Assembly: GCA_963790205.1 (NCBI GenBank)
Contig: CAWBNQ010000001.1
Span: 832,001-896,000, forward strand
Length of the DNA: 64,000 nt
Direction of reading: 5' to 3'
Source: Nitrospirota bacterium
GTDB lineage: Bacteria; Nitrospirota; UBA9217
In this document: piece after piece, positions 20,826-30,131 of the stretch
Layout of the letters: the number at the start of each line of letters is the position of its first letter
Numbering within the stretch: position 1 is the first letter of the stretch
Notes under the pieces: model-generated
Told to the model about the DNA's origin: nothing
The model's input: the letters and a program-made list of their open reading frames with translations, nothing else
The model's database searches: none
Program-made: the position numbers and the translations under genes

Positions 20826-21218
20826 ATGTTCAATCTCTCCGACAAGTCCATACTCGTTACCGATGATTCGTCGATCATGCGAATGTTCCTCGTGATGAGC
20901 TTGAAGCGTATGCTTACGGTCAATATTACGGAAGCAGTGAACGGGATCGACGCACTGGCGAAATTGAAGAGCGGCAAGTTCGATCTTCTCCTGACCGACA
21001 TGAACATGCCGGAAATGAACGGCGCCGAGTTGATCCGGTGCGTGCGCATCGGCATGAACAGCGACATCCCGATTGTGGTCATTACGACCATGGGAGAGAT
21101 AAAGGACCGGGAAGTCGGCATGTCGCTCGGCGCGAGCGGTTATCTTACCAAGCCGGTTAATCAGGCAGAGCTCATCAAGACGGTCTTAAAGCTTTTGGGA
21201 GGATATAACCTGTCGTGA
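20826..21218 (+). CDS. Single-domain CheY-like response regulator
   Basis: DD, TDMNMPEMNG and YLTKP receiver motifs. Confidence 0.88.
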   Translation: MFNLSDKSILVTDDSSIMRMFLVMSLKRMLTVNITEAVNGIDALAKLKSGKFDLLLTDMNMPEMNGAELIRCVRIGMNSDIPIVVITTMGEIKDREVGMSLGASGYLTKPVNQAELIKTVLKLLGGYNLS

Positions 21219-21262
21219 GATTTAATTAAGAAGATTAACAAAATTCGGATGTTTGTATACAT

Positions 21263-21296
21263 AAGGCAGGATGGGTTTAATCATCCTGCCTTTTTC
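21263..21296 (+). terminator. Intrinsic terminator at the left edge of the defence islet
   Basis: AAGGCAGGATG..CATCCTGCCTTTTT. Confidence 0.8.
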
Positions 21297-21297
21297 G

Positions 21298-21326
21298 TTG
21301 ACATCATCGAACAGCTCCCCTATACT
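21298..21326 (+). promoter_or_regulatory. Sigma-70-type promoter for the defence islet
   Basis: TTGACA-N17-TATACT. Confidence 0.7.
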
Positions 21327-21382
21327 CGCGAGTAATACGAAAAAAACTACTCATGTCGCTAATTCCGCATTCAGGGCTGCAA

Positions 21383-21520
21383 ATGACAAACCATAGCACA
21401 TGTCATCCCGAAGCCTTCTCCCGGGTCCTCATTGACCGTACCCTTTCCGATAGCGGCTGGGGGGATCTGCTGAGTTCCAAACAAGCCCCGTTCGAGTGTC
21501 ATGCGCTTAATGGACGCAAT
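21383..21520 (+). pseudogene. Possible remnant of a type I restriction subunit (HsdR) N-terminus
   Basis: PEAFSRVLIDRTLSDSGW..LL resembles the EA..R..ID..L..GW start of HsdR proteins; similarity ends after about 40 aa. Confidence 0.45.
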
Positions 21521-21576
21521 GTAGTGTCTATCTCGCCTAGAAACATCTACCAGGGCCATAAGGATAAGGGAATTAA

Positions 21577-23688
21577 ATGACACAAGAAGATATCATCCAA
21601 GCTACGCTCAAAGACAGTAGTTATCATCTTTCTCTTTTTTCCAAAGAGGAAATTGACGCGCTACGCACAAAAATTATCATCAAGGAATTAAAGGGCAAAA
21701 AAACGCCTTATGTCACGTGCATTGTTCGTGATAAGGATATTCAGCTTAAGCCGGAGGAAATCGTCCGCCAGCTTTATGCAGCAAGACTGATCGGCCAATA
21801 TGAGTATCCCAAAAAACGGCTTACCTTTGAGTATTCCGTTACGTTTGGCAGGGAGCAGAAAAGCGCCGACATTGTAGTTTTTGATAAGGACCGACCTGAT
21901 ACGCCGTACATCATCGTCGAGCTGAAAAAGCCGAAACTGAAAGAAGGCAAAGACCAGCTGCGTTCCTATTGCAATGCGACCGGCGCGCCGATGAGTGTAT
22001 GGACCAATGGCGAAAAGATTTCACATTACCACCGCAAAGACCCCAACTATTTTGAAGACATCACCGATATTCCAAAGGCAAGCCAAAGCCTTACGGACAT
22101 ACTCAGCGAGCGCTTTACCCTGAAAGATCTTATCATCAAAGATAAGCTCGCCAACGAACGGAAGTCCTTAAAGGACATCATTCTGGAAATGGAAGACGAA
22201 GTGCTGGCAAATGCCGGTGTGGACGTCTTTGAAGAGGTTTTTAAGCTCATTTTCACGAAGCTCTACGATGAATACCTGAGCCAGAAAGACAAAGGGATCC
22301 TTAATTATTTTTTGAAACAAGTTACTAAAACCGCAGTTGCTGAATCTGTCCCGAAATATGGCGAGAAACCCGGCTATCTTGATGGCTCCGATTATGATGC
22401 TTTAAAGGCTGCTGTAAGCGGAATCTCTGATGAAGGTTTCAGAGTGATGGAGTTCAGGAACTCCGGCCAGACAGATACGGAACTGAAAAACAAGATTCAG
22501 GGCTTGTTTGATAAAGCCAAGAATCAATGGACAGGTGTATTTCCCGAGGGTGCCGCTTTTGATTTGTCCGACAGCCACTTGGCGGTCTGCGTATCCAGCC
22601 TGCAGGACGTAAAACTCTTCAACTCCAATCTTCTGGTTGTAGACGAGGCTTTCGAATATCTGGTGAATAAATCCGCCAAAGGCGAGAAGGGGCAATACTT
22701 TACACCGCGCCATGTCATTGATATGTGCGTGCAGATGCTAAACCCCAAACGGGGCGAGTATATGATCGACACTGCTTCCGGCAGTTGCGGATTTCCAGTC
22801 CACACCATCTTCAAGCTCACAGGCCATCTTTTCACCAATGAGGAAATCCCGGAACAGGACAAAGAGTATGTGCTAAGAGTTTTCGGTATTGACTTTGACG
22901 AAAAGACCGTGCGTGTAGCACGCACCTTGAATCTCATCGCCGGGGATGGAGAAACCAATGTCCTGCATTTGAACACGTTGGATTATGACCGTTGGAGCGA
23001 CAAAACCGAAAAGGACCCAAAGTGGATTAACACCTATGGCAAGGGGTTTGAACGGCTAAAGAAGCTGGCCGTTGATAAAGGCAGCAATAAACAATTCTGC
23101 TTTGATCTGCTTATGGCCAATCCGCCCTTTGCCGGGGACATCAAAGAGAGCCGCATTCTGCATCAGTACGAACTCGGCTTTAATTCCAATCACAAAGCAC
23201 AATCCAAAGTCGGTCGAGATATTTTGTTTATCGAGCGGAATCTCGACTTTCTCAAGCCAGGCGGCCGCATGGCGATCGTTCTGCCGCAAGGCCGATATAA
23301 CAACACAACGGATAAGCCTATTCGTGACTTTATTGCCCAACATGGACGCATTCTGGCAGTTGTCGGTCTGCATGGCAATACCTTCAAACCGCACACCGGT
23401 ACGAAGACGAGTGTTCTGTTTGTACAGAAGTGGGACGATAAGCTTTGTCCGAAAGTCGATGACTATCCCATCTACTTTGCGGTCAGCGAAAAAGGCGGCA
23501 AGGACAATTCTGGAGATTACATTTTTGTCAAAAACGGCAATGGTCAGTATAAGCTCGATAAAAACGGCCACCTTATCGTTGACCATGATCTGCATAACCA
23601 TAATGGTGAACTGCCTGACGGTATTGCAGAGGCGTTCGTGAAATTCGCCAAGACGGAAAAGTTCTCGTTCTGGGCTGGAGATAAATAA
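21577..23688 (+). CDS. Fused restriction endonuclease (HsdR_N-type PD-(D/E)xK) and N6-adenine DNA methyltransferase
   Basis: PEE.VRQ, ADIVVF..IVELKK nuclease; GQYFTPR, DTASGSCGF motif I, NPPF motif IV. Confidence 0.92.
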   Translation: MTQEDIIQATLKDSSYHLSLFSKEEIDALRTKIIIKELKGKKTPYVTCIVRDKDIQLKPEEIVRQLYAARLIGQYEYPKKRLTFEYSVTFGREQKSADIVVFDKDRPDTPYIIVELKKPKLKEGKDQLRSYCNATGAPMSVWTNGEKISHYHRKDPNYFEDITDIPKASQSLTDILSERFTLKDLIIKDKLANERKSLKDIILEMEDEVLANAGVDVFEEVFKLIFTKLYDEYLSQKDKGILNYFLKQVTKTAVAESVPKYGEKPGYLDGSDYDALKAAVSGISDEGFRVMEFRNSGQTDTELKNKIQGLFDKAKNQWTGVFPEGAAFDLSDSHLAVCVSSLQDVKLFNSNLLVVDEAFEYLVNKSAKGEKGQYFTPRHVIDMCVQMLNPKRGEYMIDTASGSCGFPVHTIFKLTGHLFTNEEIPEQDKEYVLRVFGIDFDEKTVRVARTLNLIAGDGETNVLHLNTLDYDRWSDKTEKDPKWINTYGKGFERLKKLAVDKGSNKQFCFDLLMANPPFAGDIKESRILHQYELGFNSNHKAQSKVGRDILFIERNLDFLKPGGRMAIVLPQGRYNNTTDKPIRDFIAQHGRILAVVGLHGNTFKPHTGTKTSVLFVQKWDDKLCPKVDDYPIYFAVSEKGGKDNSGDYIFVKNGNGQYKLDKNGHLIVDHDLHNHNGELPDGIAEAFVKFAKTEKFSFWAGDK

Positions 23689-25094
23689 TGCAAGTAACGG
23701 TTGCAAAATTCTCAGAGGCCGAGAGAAACGAGAGAATCGATGCACAATTTTTCAAGCCTGAGTATGTAGATAGCTACAATAAAGTAATTACTGGGCGATA
23801 TGCGCTATTAAAAGACATTGCCCACATCACGGATGGTAATCACCTCAAAATAGCGGAAGATTTTGATGCGGTAGAAGGTGTTCGGTACTTACGAGGTCAG
23901 GATTTAGGTGCTGACATGATGCTTAACGACAGAAATGTCGTTTATATTCCAGAAACAGTCTATGACACGCTTAAACGATCCCATATTTACAAAAACGATG
24001 TGCTGATAACGATAGTCGGAGCGAATACGGGACTGGTGGGACTCGTTTACTCTCCCCCTCCGAAACTTGTCGCTAATTGCAAGCTGGGGATAGCGAGAGC
24101 TTTTAAAGGGGAAATCTTATCAGGATATTTATACGCTTTTTTGACCAGCAGATATGGACAACATCAAATATTGCGTTCCATCCGTGGTGGAGGCCAGACG
24201 GGGCTTATATTGCCGGATATGAGGCGGCTGGTTATCACCCGCCGATCAGACGCGTTTGAAAACGCAGTAAACGATATTGTCTCGACCGGCCACAAAAAAA
24301 CTCTCGACTCAAAAGAAGCTTTTTTAAAAGCACGGGGCTTTCTTTTGTCAGCGTTAAGCCTTTTGAATTGGCAGCCGAAACACACGCTTGCCTTCGTTAA
24401 AAATTTTTCCGATACCAGCACCGCCGACCGCATTGATGCTGAATATTTTCAACCCAAATATGATGAAATCGTCAAAGCCATAAAAAGCTATCCGGGCGGC
24501 TGGGATGTGCTCGCTAATTTGGTTAAGTTGAAGGACAATAATTTTACCCCAGCAGGTGAAATTGAATATAAATATGTCGAGCTATCCAATATTTCCGGCA
24601 ATGGCGAAATTACGGATTGCATGCTTGAAAAAGGGAAGGACTTGCCGAGCAGGGCAAGAAGAAGAGTGTCGACTGGAGATGTAATTGTTTCCTCAATTGA
24701 GGGGTCGCTATCAAGTACTGCTCTGATAGAGAAGGAATATGATCAAGCCCTTTGTTCAACGGGATTTTATGTTGTCAACTCCAAGTTTTTCAATTCTGAA
24801 ACCTTGTTGGTCCTCTTGAAAAGCATGGTTGGTCAATTGCAGTTGAAGAAGGGATGCAGCGGTACGATATTGACCGCCATCAACAAAGAAGAACTCACCA
24901 AGATTGTTTTGCCTAAAGTCAATGAAACCATTCAGGCTCAAATCAAACAAAAAATCACCGAGTCTTTCGACTTGCGCAGACAGTCCAAGTATCTGCTGGA
25001 ATGTGCCAAGCGGGGAGTGGAGCTTGCCATAGAGCAGGATGAAGACACGGCAATCAAGTGGCTGCAAGAGCAAACGCATGCGAGGGTACCGTAA
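23688..25094 (+). CDS. Restriction-modification specificity (S) subunit
   Basis: Two internal repeats starting RIDAQFFKPEY and RIDAEYFQPKY with TRD-like halves; 1-nt overlap with the MTase gene. Confidence 0.85.
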   Translation: MQVTVAKFSEAERNERIDAQFFKPEYVDSYNKVITGRYALLKDIAHITDGNHLKIAEDFDAVEGVRYLRGQDLGADMMLNDRNVVYIPETVYDTLKRSHIYKNDVLITIVGANTGLVGLVYSPPPKLVANCKLGIARAFKGEILSGYLYAFLTSRYGQHQILRSIRGGGQTGLILPDMRRLVITRRSDAFENAVNDIVSTGHKKTLDSKEAFLKARGFLLSALSLLNWQPKHTLAFVKNFSDTSTADRIDAEYFQPKYDEIVKAIKSYPGGWDVLANLVKLKDNNFTPAGEIEYKYVELSNISGNGEITDCMLEKGKDLPSRARRRVSTGDVIVSSIEGSLSSTALIEKEYDQALCSTGFYVVNSKFFNSETLLVLLKSMVGQLQLKKGCSGTILTAINKEELTKIVLPKVNETIQAQIKQKITESFDLRRQSKYLLECAKRGVELAIEQDEDTAIKWLQEQTHARVP

Positions 25095-25105
25095 GCGGGT
25101 CTCAC

Positions 25106-26002
25106 ATGACAGAATATTATAAGATCATTAACCTGCGTTTTGATAGCCCGGAAGTCATTGAGCAGCTCGGAAGTAAACCGAAGTTCTGGTTCCGTATGTC
25201 TGATGATGAACAGCCGTGGCTTTTCAAATATACCCGTGAAAATACGGGCGAGGATTGGTCGGAGAAGATCGCCTCCGAGTTGGCCCATCTTTTGGAAATC
25301 CCAGCGGCTCAGGTCGAGTTGGCTATGTTCATGGGCAAGCGCGGAAGCGCTTCCCGCTCATTTGTGCTTACGACACAGGGCTTTGACTTGATCCATGGAA
25401 GCGAAGTACTTTCGGGCCGCGTGCTTGATTACGAAAAATCGAAGCAATGGCACCAGAGCCAACATTGCATCAAGAACATTATTACGGCAGTGGAATTAAC
25501 ATTCACACCGAGACAACGAATTCAGCAACTGCGAACACTCGCCGGTTTCATTGTTTTGGATGCCATAATCTGCAATACCGATCGGCACCACGATAACTGG
25601 GGTTTGCTGCACGGCCCATTTGGACGTGGAAAGGCAAGGCATCAGGTTGCCCCATCGTTTGACCACGCCTCTTCTTTGGGACGAGAACTCGGGGATGAAC
25701 GTCGTAAGGCAATGCTTGTCTCCAACGGGATTGAAAAGTATGTAATGAAAGGACGTGGCGGTATCTTTTGGGAAGATAGTGATGAGAAGGGCGAAAACCC
25801 GCTATTGTTGGCTATGAAAGCGGCAAAGGCTTATCCGACGTACTTTGCTCCCTGGCTGCAAAAGGTGAATAGGCTTGATTCCGTAGATATGGCTGGAATT
25901 ATCGAGCGCATTCCGGTACAATATATAAGTAGCGAAGCAAAAGAGTTTTGTCTCGGTCTCATGACCTATACTATTGCAAAACTAAAAGAGGCAACCCTAT
26001 GA
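25106..26002 (+). CDS. HipA-homologous (CtkA-like) Ser/Thr kinase
   Basis: LGSKPKFW, WLFK, GEDWSEK, NTDRHHDNWG catalytic loop, PSFDHASSLG. Confidence 0.85.
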   Translation: MTEYYKIINLRFDSPEVIEQLGSKPKFWFRMSDDEQPWLFKYTRENTGEDWSEKIASELAHLLEIPAAQVELAMFMGKRGSASRSFVLTTQGFDLIHGSEVLSGRVLDYEKSKQWHQSQHCIKNIITAVELTFTPRQRIQQLRTLAGFIVLDAIICNTDRHHDNWGLLHGPFGRGKARHQVAPSFDHASSLGRELGDERRKAMLVSNGIEKYVMKGRGGIFWEDSDEKGENPLLLAMKAAKAYPTYFAPWLQKVNRLDSVDMAGIIERIPVQYISSEAKEFCLGLMTYTIAKLKEATL

Positions 26003-26757
26003 AAACACTTTTCCTTGCATGGCAGGATAAGACGTCAACCCGTGCATGGTATCCCATCGGGCGGCTCGATGCGGATGTCAAAAAAAATCACTTTCAATTC
26101 CGTTATACGCAGGGCGCGGAAATGGCCCATAAGAAAGCAGGGTTGGAGCCACTCGATGCCTTTCCCGATTTTCATAAGATTTATGAATCTGCTGATCTCT
26201 TTCCGCTGTTCCGCAATCGTATTTTAGGCGAAGGCCGGGAGGATTTTCAGGAGTACTTAAAGCAACTTGACCTGAGTCCGGGACATGCCGATCCGTTGGA
26301 AATTTTGGCGCTAACCGGCGGGGAACGACAGACCGACAATCTGGAAGTGTTTCCAAAAATCGAACGCAGCAAAAGCGGTGGGTTCAATTGCCGTTTTTTC
26401 CTGCATGGCTGGCGTCATGTCAATGAGCCGGCGCAAAAAAAGCTGATTGAACTAAAAGGGGGTGAACATCTGCGGGTGGCTGTTGAGTTGAACAATCCGG
26501 CAACCGTTCTCGCGTTACAACTGCAAACCCCCGACGATTATCATATGATCGGGTGGGCGCCGCGTTATTTGGTAAAGGACTTGTTTCAGGCAATTTGCGA
26601 AGCGCCTAACGATCTTACCGCTACTGTTGTGAAGGTTAATCTTTCGCCTGCTCCCGCGAAGCAGCGGGTGCTCATTGAGATCAAGGGGCGTTGGTTGGAA
26701 GATTATGAACCAATGTCAACTCAGGAATTTCAGCCCTTGATGGCAGTTGCTGCATAA
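25999..26757 (+). CDS. HIRAN-domain-type protein with HipS-like N-terminus, partner of the kinase
   Basis: LFLAWQ..WYPIGRL..F.Y..G, LFPLF.NRI, TGG.RQTD; C-terminal ELNNP..A..L..IGWAPR (HIRAN-like); ATGA overlap with the kinase. Confidence 0.72.
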   Translation: MKTLFLAWQDKTSTRAWYPIGRLDADVKKNHFQFRYTQGAEMAHKKAGLEPLDAFPDFHKIYESADLFPLFRNRILGEGREDFQEYLKQLDLSPGHADPLEILALTGGERQTDNLEVFPKIERSKSGGFNCRFFLHGWRHVNEPAQKKLIELKGGEHLRVAVELNNPATVLALQLQTPDDYHMIGWAPRYLVKDLFQAICEAPNDLTATVVKVNLSPAPAKQRVLIEIKGRWLEDYEPMSTQEFQPLMAVAA

Positions 26758-26790
26758 GTTCACGACCTAAATATTGAACTGAAAATTTAT

Positions 26791-26830
26791 AAAGCCCGGC
26801 AATTTTGAAACTGTCGGGCTTTCATTTTTT
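26791..26830. terminator. Terminator between the defence islet and hisF
   Basis: AAAGCCCGGCA..TGTCGGGCTTT plus T tract. Confidence 0.7.
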
Positions 26831-26910
26831 AGACACAATGACAAATTGATTGATCTTCGGACTTTTCTACATTTTCTTTTAGCGACCGGTTGAACTCCCG
26901 CGACGAAGTA

Positions 26911-27768
26911 TTATAACCTCACCGGTACGCCGCGTTCCCTCAAGTATTCCTTCGCCTGCCTGATGGTGTATTCCCTGAAGTGAAAGATCGAGGCCGCGAG
27001 CGCGGCATCGGCCTTGCCCTTGGTAAATCCCTCATAGATGTGCTCAAGATTTCCAACGCCGCCTGAAGCGATGACCGGGACCGAGACCGCCTCGGCCACT
27101 GCGCGCGTGAGCGCAAGGTCATAACCGTTCTTCTGGCCGTCCTGGTCCATGCTCGTGAGCAGGATCTCTCCCGCGCCGTACTCCTCCATCATTCGCGCCC
27201 AGGCCACGGCATCGATGCCCATGGGCTTTCTGCCGCCGTGGGTGTATACTTCCCACTTCAGTTCGGAGTTCAGGGTTCGGAGTTCGGAGTTCGAAAGGAA
27301 TAGAACTTTATACTTTGGGTCATCTGCCCATTTGAGGGGCGGCTTGAAGTCAGGGTCATGAGCCACGACCTGCTTGGCGTCGATGGCGACGACGATGCAC
27401 TGGCTGCCGAAGCGCATGCTTGCGGCCTTGATGAATTCCGGGTCATGGACTGCGGTCGTGTTGATGGAGACCTTGTCGCAGCCCGCGAGGAGAAGGTTTC
27501 TGATGTCGTCAAGGTTTTTGATGCCCCCGCCGACCGTGAGCGGCATGAATACCTGCTCGGCGGTCCGGCGCACGATATCGAGAATGATGCCGCGCTCTTC
27601 GTGCGACGCGGTGATGTCCAAAAACGTGAGCTCGTCAGCGCCCTGCTCGTCGTAGACCTTCGCGATCTCGACGGGGTCGCCGGCATCCCTGAGGTTTACG
27701 AAGCTTACGCCTTTTACGACCCGTCCTGCTTTTACGTCGAGGCAGGGGATGATGCGTTTAGTTAACAT
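26911..27768 (-). CDS. hisF: Imidazole glycerol phosphate synthase cyclase subunit, with a long loop insertion
   Basis: [38 protein letters not shown]. Confidence 0.97.
   Translation of the reverse strand: MLTKRIIPCLDVKAGRVVKGVSFVNLRDAGDPVEIAKVYDEQGADELTFLDITASHEERGIILDIVRRTAEQVFMPLTVGGGIKNLDDIRNLLLAGCDKVSINTTAVHDPEFIKAASMRFGSQCIVVAIDAKQVVAHDPDFKPPLKWADDPKYKVLFLSNSELRTLNSELKWEVYTHGGRKPMGIDAVAWARMMEEYGAGEILLTSMDQDGQKNGYDLALTRAVAEAVSVPVIASGGVGNLEHIYEGFTKGKADAALAASIFHFREYTIRQAKEYLRERGVPVRL
27260..27294 (-). repeat. Five 7-bp tandem units (CCGAACT) inside the hisF coding sequence
   Basis: + strand AGTTCGG AGTTCAG GGTTCGG AGTTCGG AGTTCGA; encodes [12 protein letters not shown]. Confidence 0.85.
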
Positions 27769-27802
27769 ATCTTACTTAACTCCAAAAGCCAAAAAGATAT
27801 CT

Positions 27803-27877
27803 CTCGCGGAGGCGCGGAGAACGTAGCGAAAAATTAAATATGAATGCATTGCTCGGTGAGCTCTGCGCCTCTGCGAG
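27803..27877. repeat. Intergenic palindromic element (hisA-hisF)
   Basis: CTCGCGGAGGCGCGGAG ... CTCTGCGCCTCTGCGAG around an AT-rich loop. Confidence 0.75.
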
Positions 27878-27891
27878 GAAATGATTTGGTC

Positions 27892-28639
27892 TTATCTTGC
27901 GCACCGATTGTCGTTCATTTTTATGAAAGTTATCGCTTCCTTCAGATCAAGGGAACCGCTGTAAATGGCCTTGCCCGTGATCACGCCGGAAACGCCGGAG
28001 TATCTCACGGCAAGCAGGTTTTCAATGTCCTTCATCGTGTGTACCCCGCCCGATGCGATGACCGGGATGCGGATCGCTTCGGCGAGCGCTTTTGTCGCCT
28101 CGATGTTCGGGCCCGAAAGCATGCCGTCGCGCTTGATGTCCGTGTAGATGATGGCGATAACACCGTGGTCCTGCATCTGCTTCGCCAGGTCAACGGCCTT
28201 CACCTTCGTCACTTCGGCCCAGCCTTTGATCGCCACCATGCCCTCTTTCGCATCGATGCCGACAATGATCCTACCGGGGAACTTTTCGCAGGCCTCCCTG
28301 CACGAAGGCGGGGTTCTCGATGGCCGCGGTGCCGAGGATGATCCGGTCGATGCCGATCTTGACCAGTGTTTCGATCGTGGCCGTGTCCCGGATGCCGCCG
28401 CCCACCTCGATGGGGATCTTGATGGCGCCGCGGATCGCCTTGATGGCGTCGAGATTCTTCGGCGCGCCGGCAAAAGCGCCGTTCAAATCGACGACGTGCA
28501 AAAGCTCGGCGCCTTGCGCCTCCCAATGTTTCGCCGTGATCGCGGGGTCATCGGAGTAGACCGTGGCCTTGTTCATGAGCCCCTGTTCGAGGCGCACGCA
28601 CTTGCCTTCTTTTAGATCGATTGCAGGAATGATTAACAT
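27892..28639 (-). CDS. hisA: ProFAR isomerase; +1 frameshift at 28296-28298
   Basis: [16 protein letters not shown] and VGGGIR in one frame; [13 protein letters not shown] and IASGGV in the next; removing one G restores 248 aa. Confidence 0.93.
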
Positions 28640-28650
28640 AAAGGATTGTC

Positions 28651-28723
28651 TCTCGCAAAGCTCGCAAAGAACGCAAAGGGAATCATATCTTTAAAACCTG
28701 ACGCCCTTTGCGTCTTGGCGAGA
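28651..28723. repeat. Intergenic palindromic element (hisH-hisA)
   Basis: TCTCGCAAAGCTCGCAAAGAACGCAAAGGG ... CCCTTTGCGTCTTGGCGAGA. Confidence 0.75.
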
Positions 28724-28731
28724 AAATGGTT

Positions 28732-29350
28732 TTATGATTTTTGCTCTCCGAATTTCTTTAGGATCGATAAACCCAAAGACTGGCTTTTCTCGGGATGAAA
28801 CTGGACCGCAAAAATATTGTCCTTCCAGACGCTCGAAACGAATTCGATCCCGTACGGCGTTGTTGTCGCGATCACTCCCTTGTCTTCAGGAACCACGTGA
28901 AAGGAGTGTACGAAGTACACATGACTGTTGTCCGGAACGTCCCTGAGCGCCGGGGCCCGGCGCTTGATCGATATCGAGTTCCAGCCCATGTGGGGAATCT
29001 TGAGACCTGAAAATTCAGGCCCTTTAAACCGGACCACGCGGCCTTTGATTATGTCCAGGCCCTTTGATATGCCGAACTCCTCGCTTTCCGTAAAGAGCAG
29101 CTGCAGTCCCGAGGCAGATGCCGAGAAAGGGCTTGCCGGAACGGATGCTCTGCTGAACCGCGTCGATGAGGCCGTACTCGCGGAGGTTGCGCATGCAGTC
29201 CGGAAAGGCCCCTACGCCGGGCAGGACGACCTTGCTTGCGCTCAGGATCGTTTTGGCGTCGCTCGTGACCACGGCCTCGTGGCCCACGCGCTCAAAGCCC
29301 TTCTGAACGCTCCTGAGATTTCCCATTCCGTAATCGATGATCGCAATCAT
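28732..29350 (-). CDS. hisH: Imidazole glycerol phosphate synthase glutaminase subunit; +1 frameshift at 29108-29110
   Basis: IIDYGMGNL, PGVGAF, GICLG|LQLL, PHMGWN, QFHPEKS; 205 aa after removing one G. Confidence 0.93.
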
Positions 29351-29360
29351 AAAAACCCCA

Positions 29361-29438
29361 ACCACAGAGGTCACAGAGAGAGAAACACGAAAGTTGTTTT
29401 TCTTCAAGACCTTGCTTTTTCTCTGCGTGCTCTGTGGT
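29361..29438. repeat. Intergenic palindromic element (hisB-hisH)
   Basis: ACCACAGAGGTCACAGAG ... CTCTGCGTGCTCTGTGGT; sister copy at 40141. Confidence 0.8.
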
Positions 29439-29444
29439 GAATGA

Positions 29445-30035
29445 CTAGATTTTGCCCTTGGTCGAGAGCACACCCTTGATCCTCGGATCGAGGCTTGTGG
29501 CCTGGTCCAGGGCGCGGCCGAAGGCCTTGAATATGGCTTCGAGCATGTGGTGGACGTCGCGGCCGTAATGGAGGCGGATGTGCAGGTTCATGCCGGCATG
29601 GTTCACAACGGACTGGAAGAAGTCCTCTGCCAGTCCGGGGTCGAAGTCCTTGAGCTTGTACTTCTTCGGCAAATCCACCTGGTATGCCAGGTAGGGCCTG
29701 CCGGACAGGTCCATCACCACCTGGGCCAGGGTCTCGTCCATGGGCACGGTCACATCTCCGTACCGGCGGATGCCTTTGCTGTCGCCGAGGGCTTTTTTGA
29801 GAGCCTGGCCGAAGGCGATGCCGAGGTCCTCGACCGTATGGTGGTCGTCGATCTCCGTGTCTCCCTTGGCCTTGAGCGTGAGGTCGAAAAAGCCGTGCCT
29901 GGCGATGTGAGAGAACATGTGGTCCATGAACGGCACGGACGTCCTGATGTTATATATGCCCGTCCCGTCGAGGTCCAGGGAAATTTTAATGTCCGTTTCC
30001 TTGGTCTTGCGTTCGATCGTCGCTTTGCGAGCCAT
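29445..30035 (-). CDS. hisB: Imidazoleglycerol-phosphate dehydratase
   Basis: [31 protein letters not shown]. Confidence 0.97.
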   Translation of the reverse strand: MARKATIERKTKETDIKISLDLDGTGIYNIRTSVPFMDHMFSHIARHGFFDLTLKAKGDTEIDDHHTVEDLGIAFGQALKKALGDSKGIRRYGDVTVPMDETLAQVVMDLSGRPYLAYQVDLPKKYKLKDFDPGLAEDFFQSVVNHAGMNLHIRLHYGRDVHHMLEAIFKAFGRALDQATSLDPRIKGVLSTKGKI

Positions 30036-30131
30036 CCGGCCCCCTTCTTCTGGTACCTTAATGAAGTATGGAGTTAAATGTCGCGAAGGTCACCGAAAAC
30101 CTTCCCGCTCCTCAGCTCCCGAGCTGCTCTG

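Noticed and set aside
21298..26830. Defence islet as a prophage or integrative element
   Set aside because: No integrase, transposase, tRNA target or flanking direct repeats seen
27892..29350. hisA and hisH as true pseudogenes (His auxotrophy)
   Set aside because: Single homopolymer insertions, all catalytic motifs intact, remaining his genes intact
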